In this document: one piece after another, positions 10,012 to 18,960 of the stretch
Numbering within the stretch: the first letter of the stretch is position 1
How the letters are laid out: every line of letters begins with the position of its first letter
Origin: Bryobacterales bacterium
Lineage (GTDB): Bacteria > Acidobacteriota > Terriglobia > Bryobacterales > UBA6623
Reading direction: 5' to 3'
Assembly: GCA_965263255.1 (NCBI GenBank)
Contig: CBDHHA010000008.1
Span: 1,916,510-1,980,509 of the forward strand
Length of the DNA stretch: 64,000 nucleotides
The notes under the pieces: model-generated
Databases searched by the model: none
Seen by the model: only the letters and a program-made list of their open reading frames with translations
What the model was told of the DNA's origin: nothing
Position numbers and translations under genes: made by a program

Positions 10012-12200
10012 ACAGGCTGCGCATCCTGATCCCCCTTCTGGCCGTGACGGTCGGATTCACCCACTCGGTCTCCGCAGCGACAGCCGACGAACGGCGCGTG
10101 ACGTTCCTACGGGACGTGATGCCGATCCTGAACAACGCGGGCTGCACCGCCGGCGCGTGCCACGGCTCGGCGAAGGGCAAGAACGGGTTCAAGCTCTCCC
10201 TGCGCGGCTACGACGCGGAGTTCGACTACCGGGCGTTGCTGTTCGAGGTGTCGGGCCGGCGCTTCGACCGGGCCGTGCCCGAAGCGAGCCTGATGCTGGC
10301 CAAGCCGACCATGAGGGTGCCGCACGAGGGCGGCCAGCGATTCGCCGAGGAATCCGAGGCGTTCGAGACCATCGTGGAGTGGATCTCGCAAGGCGCGCCG
10401 TTCGGGGACCCCGCCGCTGACAGCGTTGCAAGGATCGAGGTCGAGCCGACTGAAATCCTGCTCCCGGAACCCGGACGCGACCAAGCGCTCAGGGTTGTCG
10501 CGCACTACGGGGACGGATCGACCCGAGACGTCTCGGGCGTCGCCGTTGTCGAGAGCAACTCCACCAGCACCGCGAAGATCGAGGAGGGAGGGATCGTGCG
10601 CGGCGAGCGCGTCGGCGAGGCGGCCATCATGGTCCGCTACGAGGGGAAGTTCACGACCGTCCCCCTGACAGTGCTCAACCCTGCGCCGGGCTTCGCTTGG
10701 AAGCAGCTGCCGCAGCATAACTTCATCGACAAGCACATCGACGCGAAGCTGAAGCGGCTCAAGATCCAGCCGTCCGAGGTTGCCAGCGACGAGGTCTTCC
10801 TTCGACGCGTCTACCTCGACCTCATCGGAATCCCGCCAACGCCGGAGCAGGCGCGAGCGTTCCTGGGGGACCCGGATTCGTCGCGGGCCAAGCGCGCGCG
10901 CTTGATCGAGGATCTCGTCGGCAGCGGGCCCTACGTCGACTACTGGTCGCTCAAGTGGGGCGACCTGCTGCAGTCGAACCGCAAACACCTCGGCGAGAAG
11001 GGCATGTGGGCGTTCCGCCAGTGGATCCGGGACGCGATCGCAACGAACCAGCCGTACGACGATTTCGTCCGGGAACTGCTGACCTCCGTGGGCAGCACGT
11101 TCCAGTCGCCCGCTGCGAACTTCTTCCGGGTGAACGACGACCCGAAGCTGGCGATGGAGACCACCACCCAGCTTTTCCTCGGGGTGCGCATGGTCTGCGC
11201 GCAGTGCCATGACCATCCATTCGAGCGCTGGACGCAGAACCAGTACTTCCAGCTCGCCGCGTTCTTCTCGGCGGTCGGGATGAAGCCGGGATTCGACAGC
11301 GACGAGCAGATCGTCTACCTCAAGCGCGAGGACAGCGACTTCCTCCACCCCAAGACGAACAAGCCGGTCGAGCCCGAATTCCTGCTCGCCTCTGCGGGCA
11401 TGCCTGAGATCGGTTCGTACGGGGACAGCCGCGCGGCGCTGGCGGAGTGGCTGACATCGGAAAAGAACCCCTACTTCGGGAAAGCGATCGCCAACCGAGT
11501 CTGGAGCTATTTCTTCGGTCGAGGGATCATCGAGCCGGTCGACGACATCCGAGGATCCAACCCTCCCGTCAACCCGGCCCTAATGGACGCCCTGGAGGAG
11601 GACTTCATCAGGAGCGGCTTCGACTTGCAGCACCTGGTGCGGACAATCGTCAGTTCGAGAACGTACCAGTCCGCCATGGAGACGAACGAGTGGAATGCCG
11701 GGGACAGCATCAACTTCTCGCACTTCGAGCCGCGCCGGCTCGCGGCCGAGTCGCTGCTGGACGCAATGACGATCGCAACCGGGTCCCGACCGGACTTCCC
11801 CGAAGTTCCGGATGACTTCACCGCGCAGCAGCTGCCGGACCCGCACGTGGACGCGGGCGGGTTTCTGAACATGTTCGGCCGGCCGGAGCGCGAATCGCCC
11901 TGCGAGTGCGAGCGGCGCAACGACCTCAGCCTGCCGCTGGCGATGAGCCTCGTCAATGGCCCGACGCTGGCCGATGCGATCGCCAGTCCCGACGGACGAA
12001 TCGCAAAGGCGATCCTGGCGGGCCGGTCCAACCGGGAACTGATCGAGGAACTCTACGTGTCGTCGCTGGCCCGCTATCCGACGGGCGAGGAACTCGACAG
12101 CGCATTGACATACCTAGCCAGCTCGCCGGGACGCGCCGCGAAGGCGCAGGACCTGCTCTGGGCGCTGATCAATTCGAACGCGTTCCTGTTCAACCGATAG
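10008..12200 (+). CDS. DUF1549/DUF1553 (PSCyt2/PSD1) domain protein
   Basis: I used the internal ATG at 10008 (MNRLRILIPLLAVTVGF, signal peptide), which overlaps the upstream stop as ATGA. Family blocks: DVMPILNNAGCTAGACHGS, FIDKHIDAKLK, VFLRRVYLDLIGIPPT, CAQCHDHPFERWTQ, NRVWSYFFGRGI, PCECER. Confidence 0.85.
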   Translation: MNRLRILIPLLAVTVGFTHSVSAATADERRVTFLRDVMPILNNAGCTAGACHGSAKGKNGFKLSLRGYDAEFDYRALLFEVSGRRFDRAVPEASLMLAKPTMRVPHEGGQRFAEESEAFETIVEWISQGAPFGDPAADSVARIEVEPTEILLPEPGRDQALRVVAHYGDGSTRDVSGVAVVESNSTSTAKIEEGGIVRGERVGEAAIMVRYEGKFTTVPLTVLNPAPGFAWKQLPQHNFIDKHIDAKLKRLKIQPSEVASDEVFLRRVYLDLIGIPPTPEQARAFLGDPDSSRAKRARLIEDLVGSGPYVDYWSLKWGDLLQSNRKHLGEKGMWAFRQWIRDAIATNQPYDDFVRELLTSVGSTFQSPAANFFRVNDDPKLAMETTTQLFLGVRMVCAQCHDHPFERWTQNQYFQLAAFFSAVGMKPGFDSDEQIVYLKREDSDFLHPKTNKPVEPEFLLASAGMPEIGSYGDSRAALAEWLTSEKNPYFGKAIANRVWSYFFGRGIIEPVDDIRGSNPPVNPALMDALEEDFIRSGFDLQHLVRTIVSSRTYQSAMETNEWNAGDSINFSHFEPRRLAAESLLDAMTIATGSRPDFPEVPDDFTAQQLPDPHVDAGGFLNMFGRPERESPCECERRNDLSLPLAMSLVNGPTLADAIASPDGRIAKAILAGRSNRELIEELYVSSLARYPTGEELDSALTYLASSPGRAAKAQDLLWALINSNAFLFNR

Positions 12201-14112
12201 CAGCCTCGGGCGCGGGCTTCGGGAGCCGCTCGGCTACAAGCTGGGCGACATCCGCGACCCGCGTGTCGTCGCTTCCGGCCCGTCCCGCAGCGTCCTTGAG
12301 CATGATCGGACAATACGGGCAGGCCACGGCGACGGTATCCGCGCCGGTCGACTGGGCTTCCGCGAACCGCTTGTAGTTCACTCGGCCGCCGGGAAGCTCC
12401 ACGCGATCGTCCGCGATGTAGAGCTGGGCGCCGCCGGCGCCGCAGCAGAAGGTTCTGGACCCGTGGTGCGGCATCTCGACGAGGTCGGCTCCAACCGCCC
12501 GCAGCACCTCCCGGGGCTCGTCGATAATCCCCCTGCCCCGAGCTAGGTAGCAAGGGTCGTGAAGGGTCACCTTGGCCCCGGAGCGCTCCAGTGACAGCGA
12601 CGGCACGAGGCGGGCCAGCAGTTCCGTGTGGTGCACGACCTCGATCCCGAGTTCGCTGAACTCTGCCTGCTGGCGGTAGTCGACGTCGAACATGCGGGCG
12701 CAATGGGGGTCGCAGGTGACGATCCGGCTGACGCGCTTGGACCGCAAGGCGCCGATCACCTGCTCGGAGAGCTCTAGGTAAAGGTACTCGTTGCCGGCCC
12801 GCCGGGCAGGCTCCCCGCAGCAGGTCTCGGAAGCCAGAACTCCCCACGACAGGCCGGCAGCATCGAGAATCCTCTCCATGGAGCGCACGACATCGTGCCC
12901 GTGGGGATCGTAGCTGCAACCGCATCCCAGCCAGAGCAGCCACTCGGTTCCCTCCTGATAGACGGGAAGCCCCTCGGCCTCGAGGAGCTTCCGGCGGGTC
13001 TGCTGCGAGGCGCCCCAGGCGTTGTGCGGGGACCGCTCCATGGTGGTGAACATGTCGGCAAGCTTCTCGTTGCCGGTCCTCCCCTCGCTCACCAGGCCCC
13101 GGCGCAGATCAAGGATCTTGAGGCCGACATGCTCGATCCCTACCGGGCAGGCCTCCTCGCAGGCCCCGCACGAGAGGCACTGGTACAAATCCTGTTCGCT
13201 CACGCAAGCCTCGCCGCCAGCGACGAGGGCTTCGTCGCCGGCGATCGTCTCGCGTCCCTCTAGGAGCCCTTGCTGCATCTGAAGGACGATCTTCTTGGGA
13301 TCGAGCGAGCCGCCGATGAGGTTGGCCGGGCAACTGTCGGTGCAGCGACCGCACTCGACACATGAGTGGAGGTCGAGCACGTCCTTCTGCGAGAGGTCCG
13401 CGAACGAGACCATGCCGAAATCGTCGTCATCCTCGTCCCGCAGGGATCGCATGGAACTCGTGACGCGGCCTCGGAACAGGATCGCGATGGGGGCGAGAAC
13501 CAAGTGGAGGTGCTTGGAATTGGGAATCAGCCAGAGCATCCCCAGAAGGCTCGCCGTGTGCGCCCACCAATTCGCCCGCCAAGCCGGTGAAGCAGGGTCC
13601 AGCAAGAGCCAGTCCGCGATGTACGTCGCCATCAGGGCGACGATCAGTATTGCCACGAGGGCGGAGGTAACCGAAAGCCTGTCCCCCAGCGCGGGCGGCC
13701 GCAGGACAAATCGCCGGAAACTCAGGCCGGCGATGCCAACCAGTACCGCGACCGACCAGAACCCGGCGAAGGACTGGTACCAGGAGTGGCCAGTGCCTGC
13801 CGCAGACGGACCCGCGAAACCGATCGCCATGTGCTCGACGCTGACCCAGGCAAATGCAAAGAAGCCCCACATGACAAGGGCATGCAGCAAGCCGGCAACC
13901 GGCCGTTCCCGGATCACGCGCGTCTGAAGGAGGACCTCGCAGAACACGGTCCCTAAGCGCTTGGCGAGCCCGTCCAGCCGGAGATTCCGTTCCTTGGCCG
14001 ACCTCATAGGTGCCAGCCGACGAGCCACAGAGCGGAGGAAGTATCCGGCGCTGGCGAGCAGCGCTAGGGCCAGAACAATGGGCTCGATCACAGTCCTAGG
14101 ATCATAGATCAC
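12190..14112 (-). CDS. Membrane-anchored (Fe-S)-binding oxidoreductase, HdrD/GlpC-like with two CCG domains
   Basis: Multi-TM N-terminus, two 4Fe-4S motifs (CVECGRCTDSCP, CLSCGACEEACP), and CCG-type Cys clusters (ETCCGEP, FCCGAGG). The track start at 14223 overlaps the divergent sulfatase start, so I prefer a GTG at 14112 or 14091. The start is uncertain. Confidence 0.75.
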   Translation of the reverse strand: MIYDPRTVIEPIVLALALLASAGYFLRSVARRLAPMRSAKERNLRLDGLAKRLGTVFCEVLLQTRVIRERPVAGLLHALVMWGFFAFAWVSVEHMAIGFAGPSAAGTGHSWYQSFAGFWSVAVLVGIAGLSFRRFVLRPPALGDRLSVTSALVAILIVALMATYIADWLLLDPASPAWRANWWAHTASLLGMLWLIPNSKHLHLVLAPIAILFRGRVTSSMRSLRDEDDDDFGMVSFADLSQKDVLDLHSCVECGRCTDSCPANLIGGSLDPKKIVLQMQQGLLEGRETIAGDEALVAGGEACVSEQDLYQCLSCGACEEACPVGIEHVGLKILDLRRGLVSEGRTGNEKLADMFTTMERSPHNAWGASQQTRRKLLEAEGLPVYQEGTEWLLWLGCGCSYDPHGHDVVRSMERILDAAGLSWGVLASETCCGEPARRAGNEYLYLELSEQVIGALRSKRVSRIVTCDPHCARMFDVDYRQQAEFSELGIEVVHHTELLARLVPSLSLERSGAKVTLHDPCYLARGRGIIDEPREVLRAVGADLVEMPHHGSRTFCCGAGGAQLYIADDRVELPGGRVNYKRFAEAQSTGADTVAVACPYCPIMLKDAAGRAGSDDTRVADVAQLVAERLPKPAPEAAIG

Positions 14113-14210
14113 GGTGAGCGGGCACCGGAATTCGGTGCTCTGGAGCACCTTCCAGCACTCCTTCGGGTCCTTGGCGCGGCTGCGACCGCTGGTAGACTCA
14201 GAGTCCCGCC

Positions 14211-15716
14211 ATGGACCGTGCAAGCCTTCTCTGCCTGGCCCTCCTGTGCGCGCCCGCTACGGCGCAGGACACGCCTCCGAACGTCGTAATCGTCTTCGCG
14301 GACGACATGGGCTACGGCGATCCCCGGGTGTACAACGCGCAGTCGCGCGTCCCGACGCCGAACATCGATGCGCTCGCGGAGCACGGAATGCGGTTCCTTG
14401 ACGCCCACACGGCGTCCTCGGTCTGCACGCCTTCACGTTACGGATTGCTGACCGGGCGGTATCCATGGCGGTCGCGGCTCCCGGTAGGGATCGTCAACAG
14501 CTGGGGCGGGCCCGTCATAGACGGGGACCGGCTGACCCTCGGTAAGGCGCTACAGGAGCAGGGGTACGCAACCGCATGCATCGGCAAGTGGCATCTGGGC
14601 TGGGACTGGCCCGTCCGAGGCGGGGGCTACCTTTCCGAAGAACTCGACGGGGTCAACGTTGGCCGTGACTACGAGTCCTACGGCCTGCGGGTCGACTTCT
14701 CGAGGCCGGTCCGGGCGGGGCCGACCGAGCGCGGGTTCGATTACTATTTCGGCGACGACGTACCGAACTTCCCGCCTTACGCATTCATCGAGAATGATCG
14801 CGTCCTGGGCGACCCTACGGACCGCATGCCGGTCAACAAGGGCCAGCGTGTGGGACCCATGATTCCGGGCTGGGACTTGTGGGCCGCGCAGCCGACGATC
14901 ACGGCGCGGGCCGTAGAGTGGCTGACCGAGCGGGCTTCCAACCCGGAGGTGCCGTTCTTCCTTTACATGCCGCTGCTCGGGCCGCACACGCCGATCGTTC
15001 CGAACGCCCAGAATCGCGGTAAGAGCAAGGCCGGTCCGTACGGCGATTGGGTGCACCAGATGGACGCAATCCTAGGCAGGATGGTCGGCGTGCTGGAGCG
15101 GACCGGGGCGATCGAGAATACGATCGTCGTGTTCACTTCCGATAACGGCTCGCCCGCCCGGAGCGGGATCGGCTCGTTCGGGGCCACGAACACGGTGACG
15201 GAACTGTACTCGCATGTTCCGAACGCCCCCTGGCGGGGCCTGAAGGCCGACGCTTGGGAGGCCGGCCACCGGGTACCGTTCATCGTTCGATGGGACGGGA
15301 GGGTTCGGCCTGCCTCCGTGAGTGGCGAGACCATCTGCGTGACCGATGTCTTCGCGACGATCAGCGAGATCGTAGGCTTTGAAATGCCCGCCGAGTCCGG
15401 GGAGGACAGCTTCAGCCTGGCGCCTCTGCTCTTGGGAAAGGGTCAGTACGGCCGACAGCTCACGGTCCATCACAGTCAGAGGGGTCTCTTCGCTATCAGG
15501 AAGGGTGACTGGAAGCTCATCCTAGGCGACGGAAGCGGCGGATTCTCGACTCCGCGAGGTGCCGTCGTGCAGCCGGGAGAGGACGGTCCGATGCAGCTGT
15601 ACCTCCTGTCTGAAGATCCGAGCGAACGGAGAAACCTCGTAGGCGCCAGACCGGACAAGAAGGGCGAGCTGCTTGCCGATCTCGTCCGGATCCGGGACGC
15701 CGGACGGTCGCGCTGA
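14211..15716 (+). CDS. Arylsulfatase (formylglycine-dependent sulfatase family)
   Basis: Signal peptide, PNVVIVFADDMGYGD, and the sulfatase signature CTPSRYGLLTGR (CxPxR). Confidence 0.9.
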   Translation: MDRASLLCLALLCAPATAQDTPPNVVIVFADDMGYGDPRVYNAQSRVPTPNIDALAEHGMRFLDAHTASSVCTPSRYGLLTGRYPWRSRLPVGIVNSWGGPVIDGDRLTLGKALQEQGYATACIGKWHLGWDWPVRGGGYLSEELDGVNVGRDYESYGLRVDFSRPVRAGPTERGFDYYFGDDVPNFPPYAFIENDRVLGDPTDRMPVNKGQRVGPMIPGWDLWAAQPTITARAVEWLTERASNPEVPFFLYMPLLGPHTPIVPNAQNRGKSKAGPYGDWVHQMDAILGRMVGVLERTGAIENTIVVFTSDNGSPARSGIGSFGATNTVTELYSHVPNAPWRGLKADAWEAGHRVPFIVRWDGRVRPASVSGETICVTDVFATISEIVGFEMPAESGEDSFSLAPLLLGKGQYGRQLTVHHSQRGLFAIRKGDWKLILGDGSGGFSTPRGAVVQPGEDGPMQLYLLSEDPSERRNLVGARPDKKGELLADLVRIRDAGRSR

Positions 15717-16276
15717 TCGCACATGCCGAGCTGTGGACCGCAAGCCGATCAATCCCGGTTGCATTCCGCAAGTCCCCCCACGGCAGTGGACTCGGTCAGA
15801 TTCCTGGGAGGCTTGCGGTATGGCTGCGGACCATTGCAGTAGTGACGTAGGGATAGGGATCATCTGCGAAGGTAGCCTCTGACTTCGCAAGAGAATTACG
15901 GGGAATCGTCATCTCCCATCCTGATTCACCCGAAACGCAGGGATTCCGCCTGTCCGTTACGATCGGCGCGATGGTATTGGACTCACGGAGACCCGGAGAG
16001 TCGGAAGGGAAACCGGGCCCGGAGCAGTCGCTGCCCAGAGTCTCGGAAGTGTCCCGCCAAGAGCGGCGGACGTGGCGGGAAGATCTGGAATCGCTGAAGC
16101 CCGACAAAGCGGGTCCTTACGAGACGGACCGAACCGGGGTACTGGCAAGAGCCGAGGCGGCCATAGCCGAACTAGCCCGGATCGCTCGAACGCTGCGGAT
16201 TCCCCATGGGACGGCCAACGCTGCGGCCCCATCCGGAAGGGCGCGACCTATAGTGAAGTCCGGGGAACCTGAGGCT

Positions 16277-16516
16277 ATGGACAAGAGCGTCGAAATCGTC
16301 TCGACCGGCACGGCCGTGACCGTTCTCGCTGTGATGGTGATTGCAATCCTCGGCGCTGTATGGGCAATCAATACCCGGCTAGAGGATCGGCTGACCAAGC
16401 GCATGGATCGGATGGAAGATCGGGCCACCAAGCGCATGGATGGAATCGAAGCGCGGATCGACGGCCTGCCGGGGGATATGGAAGCCTACCGGGAGTCCGA
16501 GACTCGGAAGCCCTGA
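16277..16516 (+). CDS. Small single-pass membrane protein with 11-residue tandem repeats (hypothetical)
   Basis: ATG at 16277, in frame within track ORF 15971..16516. TM helix GTAVTVLAVMVIAILGAVWAI, then RLTKRMDRMED / RATKRMDGIEA / RIDGLPGDMEA. The 15-nt string accaagcgcatggat occurs twice, 33 nt apart. Confidence 0.35.
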   Translation: MDKSVEIVSTGTAVTVLAVMVIAILGAVWAINTRLEDRLTKRMDRMEDRATKRMDGIEARIDGLPGDMEAYRESETRKP

Positions 16517-16631
16517 CCATCCGGCGAGCGCTCCGCCGAACCTCAACGTTTGCTCGTGGCCACCGATGTATCGCACTGTGCCGAGGATCTCCCGGCATGC
16601 GCGGAACGTCGGGCTAAACTACTAGTTCGCC

Positions 16632-17318
16632 GTGGACCCCCAACTAATGGCCCTTGGGGGCCTGTGGTACGTAGCGTTCCTGCTGTCGCTCACGTGCCAC
16701 GAGGCAGCCCACGCCTGGGCGGCATTGCGGGGCGGGGACGACACAGCGGCGAGCGCTGGCCAGGTCTCACTCAACCCTGTGCCGCACATGCGCCGGGAGC
16801 CCCTCGGCACGATCGCCGTCCCGCTGCTCACGTTTGCCCTGAACAACTGGATGCTAGGCTGGGCCTCCGCGCCCTATAGCAAGCTCTGGGAGCACCGGCA
16901 CCCCCACCGTGCAGGTTGGATGGCGCTAGCTGGGCCAGGGGCAAACTTGGCCCTGGCGTTCACAGCGGCTGCGTTGATCAATGTCGGCATCGCAACGGAG
17001 GCGTTTTCGGTGCCGGCGTCCGTAACGTTCTTCAGGGTCGTCGAGGGATCAGGCGACCTAGCCCCGATCGCACAGTTTCTGAGCATCCTGTTCACGCAGA
17101 ACGTGCTGCTGATGACCTTCAACCTACTACCGGTGCCACCGCTGGACGGCCATACCGCCATTGGGCTGCTAATGCGGGAAGGGTTGGCGAGGCGGTGGTT
17201 CGACCTCACCCGCGACCAAGCCTTCGGAATCCTGGGACTAGTCCTCGCGTGGTACTTCTTCGGCGACCTCATCTGGCCTGTACTCAGGCTTGCCGTGCGC
17301 CTGCTATACTGGACTTGA
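16632..17318 (+). CDS. Site-2 protease (peptidase M50) family protein
   Basis: HExxH motif in a TM helix (LTCHEAAHAWAA), a later NLLPVPPLDG block, and a polytopic membrane profile. Confidence 0.8.
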   Translation: MDPQLMALGGLWYVAFLLSLTCHEAAHAWAALRGGDDTAASAGQVSLNPVPHMRREPLGTIAVPLLTFALNNWMLGWASAPYSKLWEHRHPHRAGWMALAGPGANLALAFTAAALINVGIATEAFSVPASVTFFRVVEGSGDLAPIAQFLSILFTQNVLLMTFNLLPVPPLDGHTAIGLLMREGLARRWFDLTRDQAFGILGLVLAWYFFGDLIWPVLRLAVRLLYWT

Positions 17319-17471
17319 GGGGAGCCACTTTGGAAATCGCACCAACGGTTGTCCGGCGGGCTTCGCGTGCACCGGGAACCGGTCGCTTTGCGAACCGGGC
17401 TCGCAGCCGAGGCTTCTGATAATTGTAGTCCGGCCTCTGCTCACTATTCGCAGACAACCCTCTAAAGAATA

Positions 17472-17825
17472 ATGAAGATTACAACCCAAAGCATGGAGAT
17501 TCTGGAAAGCAAGAGCTTCCTCATTTCCGGAAATGGAGAGACGGTGATTGCGCTGGGTGATCTAGATCCGGTTCGATTTTGTTTCAACTTTGTAGAGAAT
17601 GCAACCAAAGACACGGACATACAATGGGAAGCGATTGACGAGAAAGAGCTGCGGATCACATTGTATAATTGGAACAACCCATTGGGGGGCACTCTTGCAA
17701 AACCACATGCAGTGGGCTCCTATAATGGTCGTCAATTATTTCTTCTTTTCATGGTCAATACGACTGGCAAAGCTGAGAAGATTCGGCATGTAACGATATC
17801 GTTTTATCTGGGAGGGAATGTTTAG
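17472..17825 (+). CDS. Hypothetical 117-aa protein (AT-rich island cargo)
   Basis: Clean ATG-to-TAG ORF in a 38% G+C stretch. Non-repetitive, beta-rich-looking sequence with no recognisable motif. The stop lies 3 nt before the next ORF. Confidence 0.5.
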   Translation: MKITTQSMEILESKSFLISGNGETVIALGDLDPVRFCFNFVENATKDTDIQWEAIDEKELRITLYNWNNPLGGTLAKPHAVGSYNGRQLFLLFMVNTTGKAEKIRHVTISFYLGGNV

Positions 17826-17828
17826 CAT

Positions 17829-18155
17829 ATGACGAGAGTTAAAGTTGACGCTGAATTCGTTGCACCTCCAAAAATTATTGTTCCCCTAGTGCGAGGTGAT
17901 CATCATGCTGTGTCAAATATTTTCAGGGTCTTCTTTGAGGTTTTCTTGGCACTATCATCGACTATTTTGGGCTTCGTCCTAGCACAGCCGAGCCATGATG
18001 ATTTTCAATACGCAGTATTAGTTGCATGCGTGGTCGCTACGATAGCTTTTGCGTATTTCTCTTACAGGTACGGAAGGGTGATGCTGCCAACAGATCCCAG
18101 CCAACCAGCAGAGCATCGAGGCGGTGGTTTTAATGGGTCACCTGTGCAAGAATAA
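17829..18155 (+). CDS. Hypothetical 108-aa two-TM membrane protein (AT-rich island cargo)
   Basis: GGGAGG lies about 13 nt upstream of the ATG. Two hydrophobic helices are predicted (IFRVFFEVFLALSSTILGFVLA; AVLVACVVATIAFAYFSY). Tightly coupled to 17472..17825. Confidence 0.5.
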   Translation: MTRVKVDAEFVAPPKIIVPLVRGDHHAVSNIFRVFFEVFLALSSTILGFVLAQPSHDDFQYAVLVACVVATIAFAYFSYRYGRVMLPTDPSQPAEHRGGGFNGSPVQE

Positions 18156-18198
18156 CACCTACTGAACGGCTTGAACTCTCATGTGTAGAAAAAATTCT

Positions 18199-18960
18199 CT
18201 ATTTCGGCTCTAGACTGAAGATTCTCTCGCGATGGTACGTGAGTCTGCGGCGATGTTCGTCATTCAACGGAATCGGGCAAGTGAAACGCATTTGTGATCT
18301 TGCTTCCGCACCTAGGATTGGTGAATACTCAGGGCAGCCGTCATCATTAAACGTGACTAACCCCTTGTCGAAGGCGACGTCCCAGAGTGCAGATAATAGC
18401 AATCCATTGTGAATATTGAGGCGTTCATCGTCTTCGAGGCAATCGGCCCAAGGGATAATATGGGATGCGCGGAGTAGCGGTGGGTCTGTGATTCCCGTCA
18501 ACGGGCAGCGCCCTTGCCAATAGGTCATAAGCCTTTCTCGAAAAATGTCTTGTCCTACTCGCTGGATGACCAAGCGCTCAGCTTCGGTGGTCCTCGGCAA
18601 CTGTTTAGTCGCTGCGAGAAAATCTTCAAGCGGGCGATCCGGAAGAGTACATCCCAGGGCATAGACTCTCGTCAACACCCGATAGAGATCACCGAGGGTT
18701 GGGAATGAATAGCGTCGCAGGCCGGGTCCCGACACCTCGGCAGGAGAGATTCTTAGTTCTTGAACCACGCCGCCATGGTCAAGGGCCAGTAGCCAGGGTC
18801 CGGCTGCCCCTGTTCCGGCTAAGTAAATGGTGCCTCGTGCCGTGGTCGAGCCGTATCGAGCCCAGCCATTGGTTTCACCCATCGATCGGCGGTAACCGTT
18901 TTGTGAGGCGGCCTTCTTGCATTCTTCCCGAACGACGAATCCTTGTGGCGCTTCGATCAC
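18199..18960 (-). CDS. HNH endonuclease (HNH_2 / PF13391-like) with an unassigned N-terminal domain of about 130 aa
   Basis: QRVGQDIFRERLMTYWQGRCPLTGITDPPLLRASHIIPW...NIHNGLLLSALWDVAFDKGLV matches the HNH_2 pattern. The GTG start overlaps the methyltransferase stop (GTGA). Confidence 0.85.
   Translation of the reverse strand: MIEAPQGFVVREECKKAASQNGYRRSMGETNGWARYGSTTARGTIYLAGTGAAGPWLLALDHGGVVQELRISPAEVSGPGLRRYSFPTLGDLYRVLTRVYALGCTLPDRPLEDFLAATKQLPRTTEAERLVIQRVGQDIFRERLMTYWQGRCPLTGITDPPLLRASHIIPWADCLEDDERLNIHNGLLLSALWDVAFDKGLVTFNDDGCPEYSPILGAEARSQMRFTCPIPLNDEHRRRLTYHRERIFSLEPK

Noticed and set aside
8785-11348. 407-aa and 413-aa minus-strand ORFs (8785..10008, 10107..11348)
   Set aside because: They are antisense to the PPC-domain and DUF1549/1553 genes and have the same shadow-ORF composition.
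15990-16090. GGGAAACCGGGCCCGGAGCAGUCGCUGCCC, vaguely like the cobalamin-riboswitch core
   Set aside because: There is no recognisable B12 box downstream, the flanking helices do not form, and the downstream ORF is not B12-related. Rfam RF00174 could settle it.
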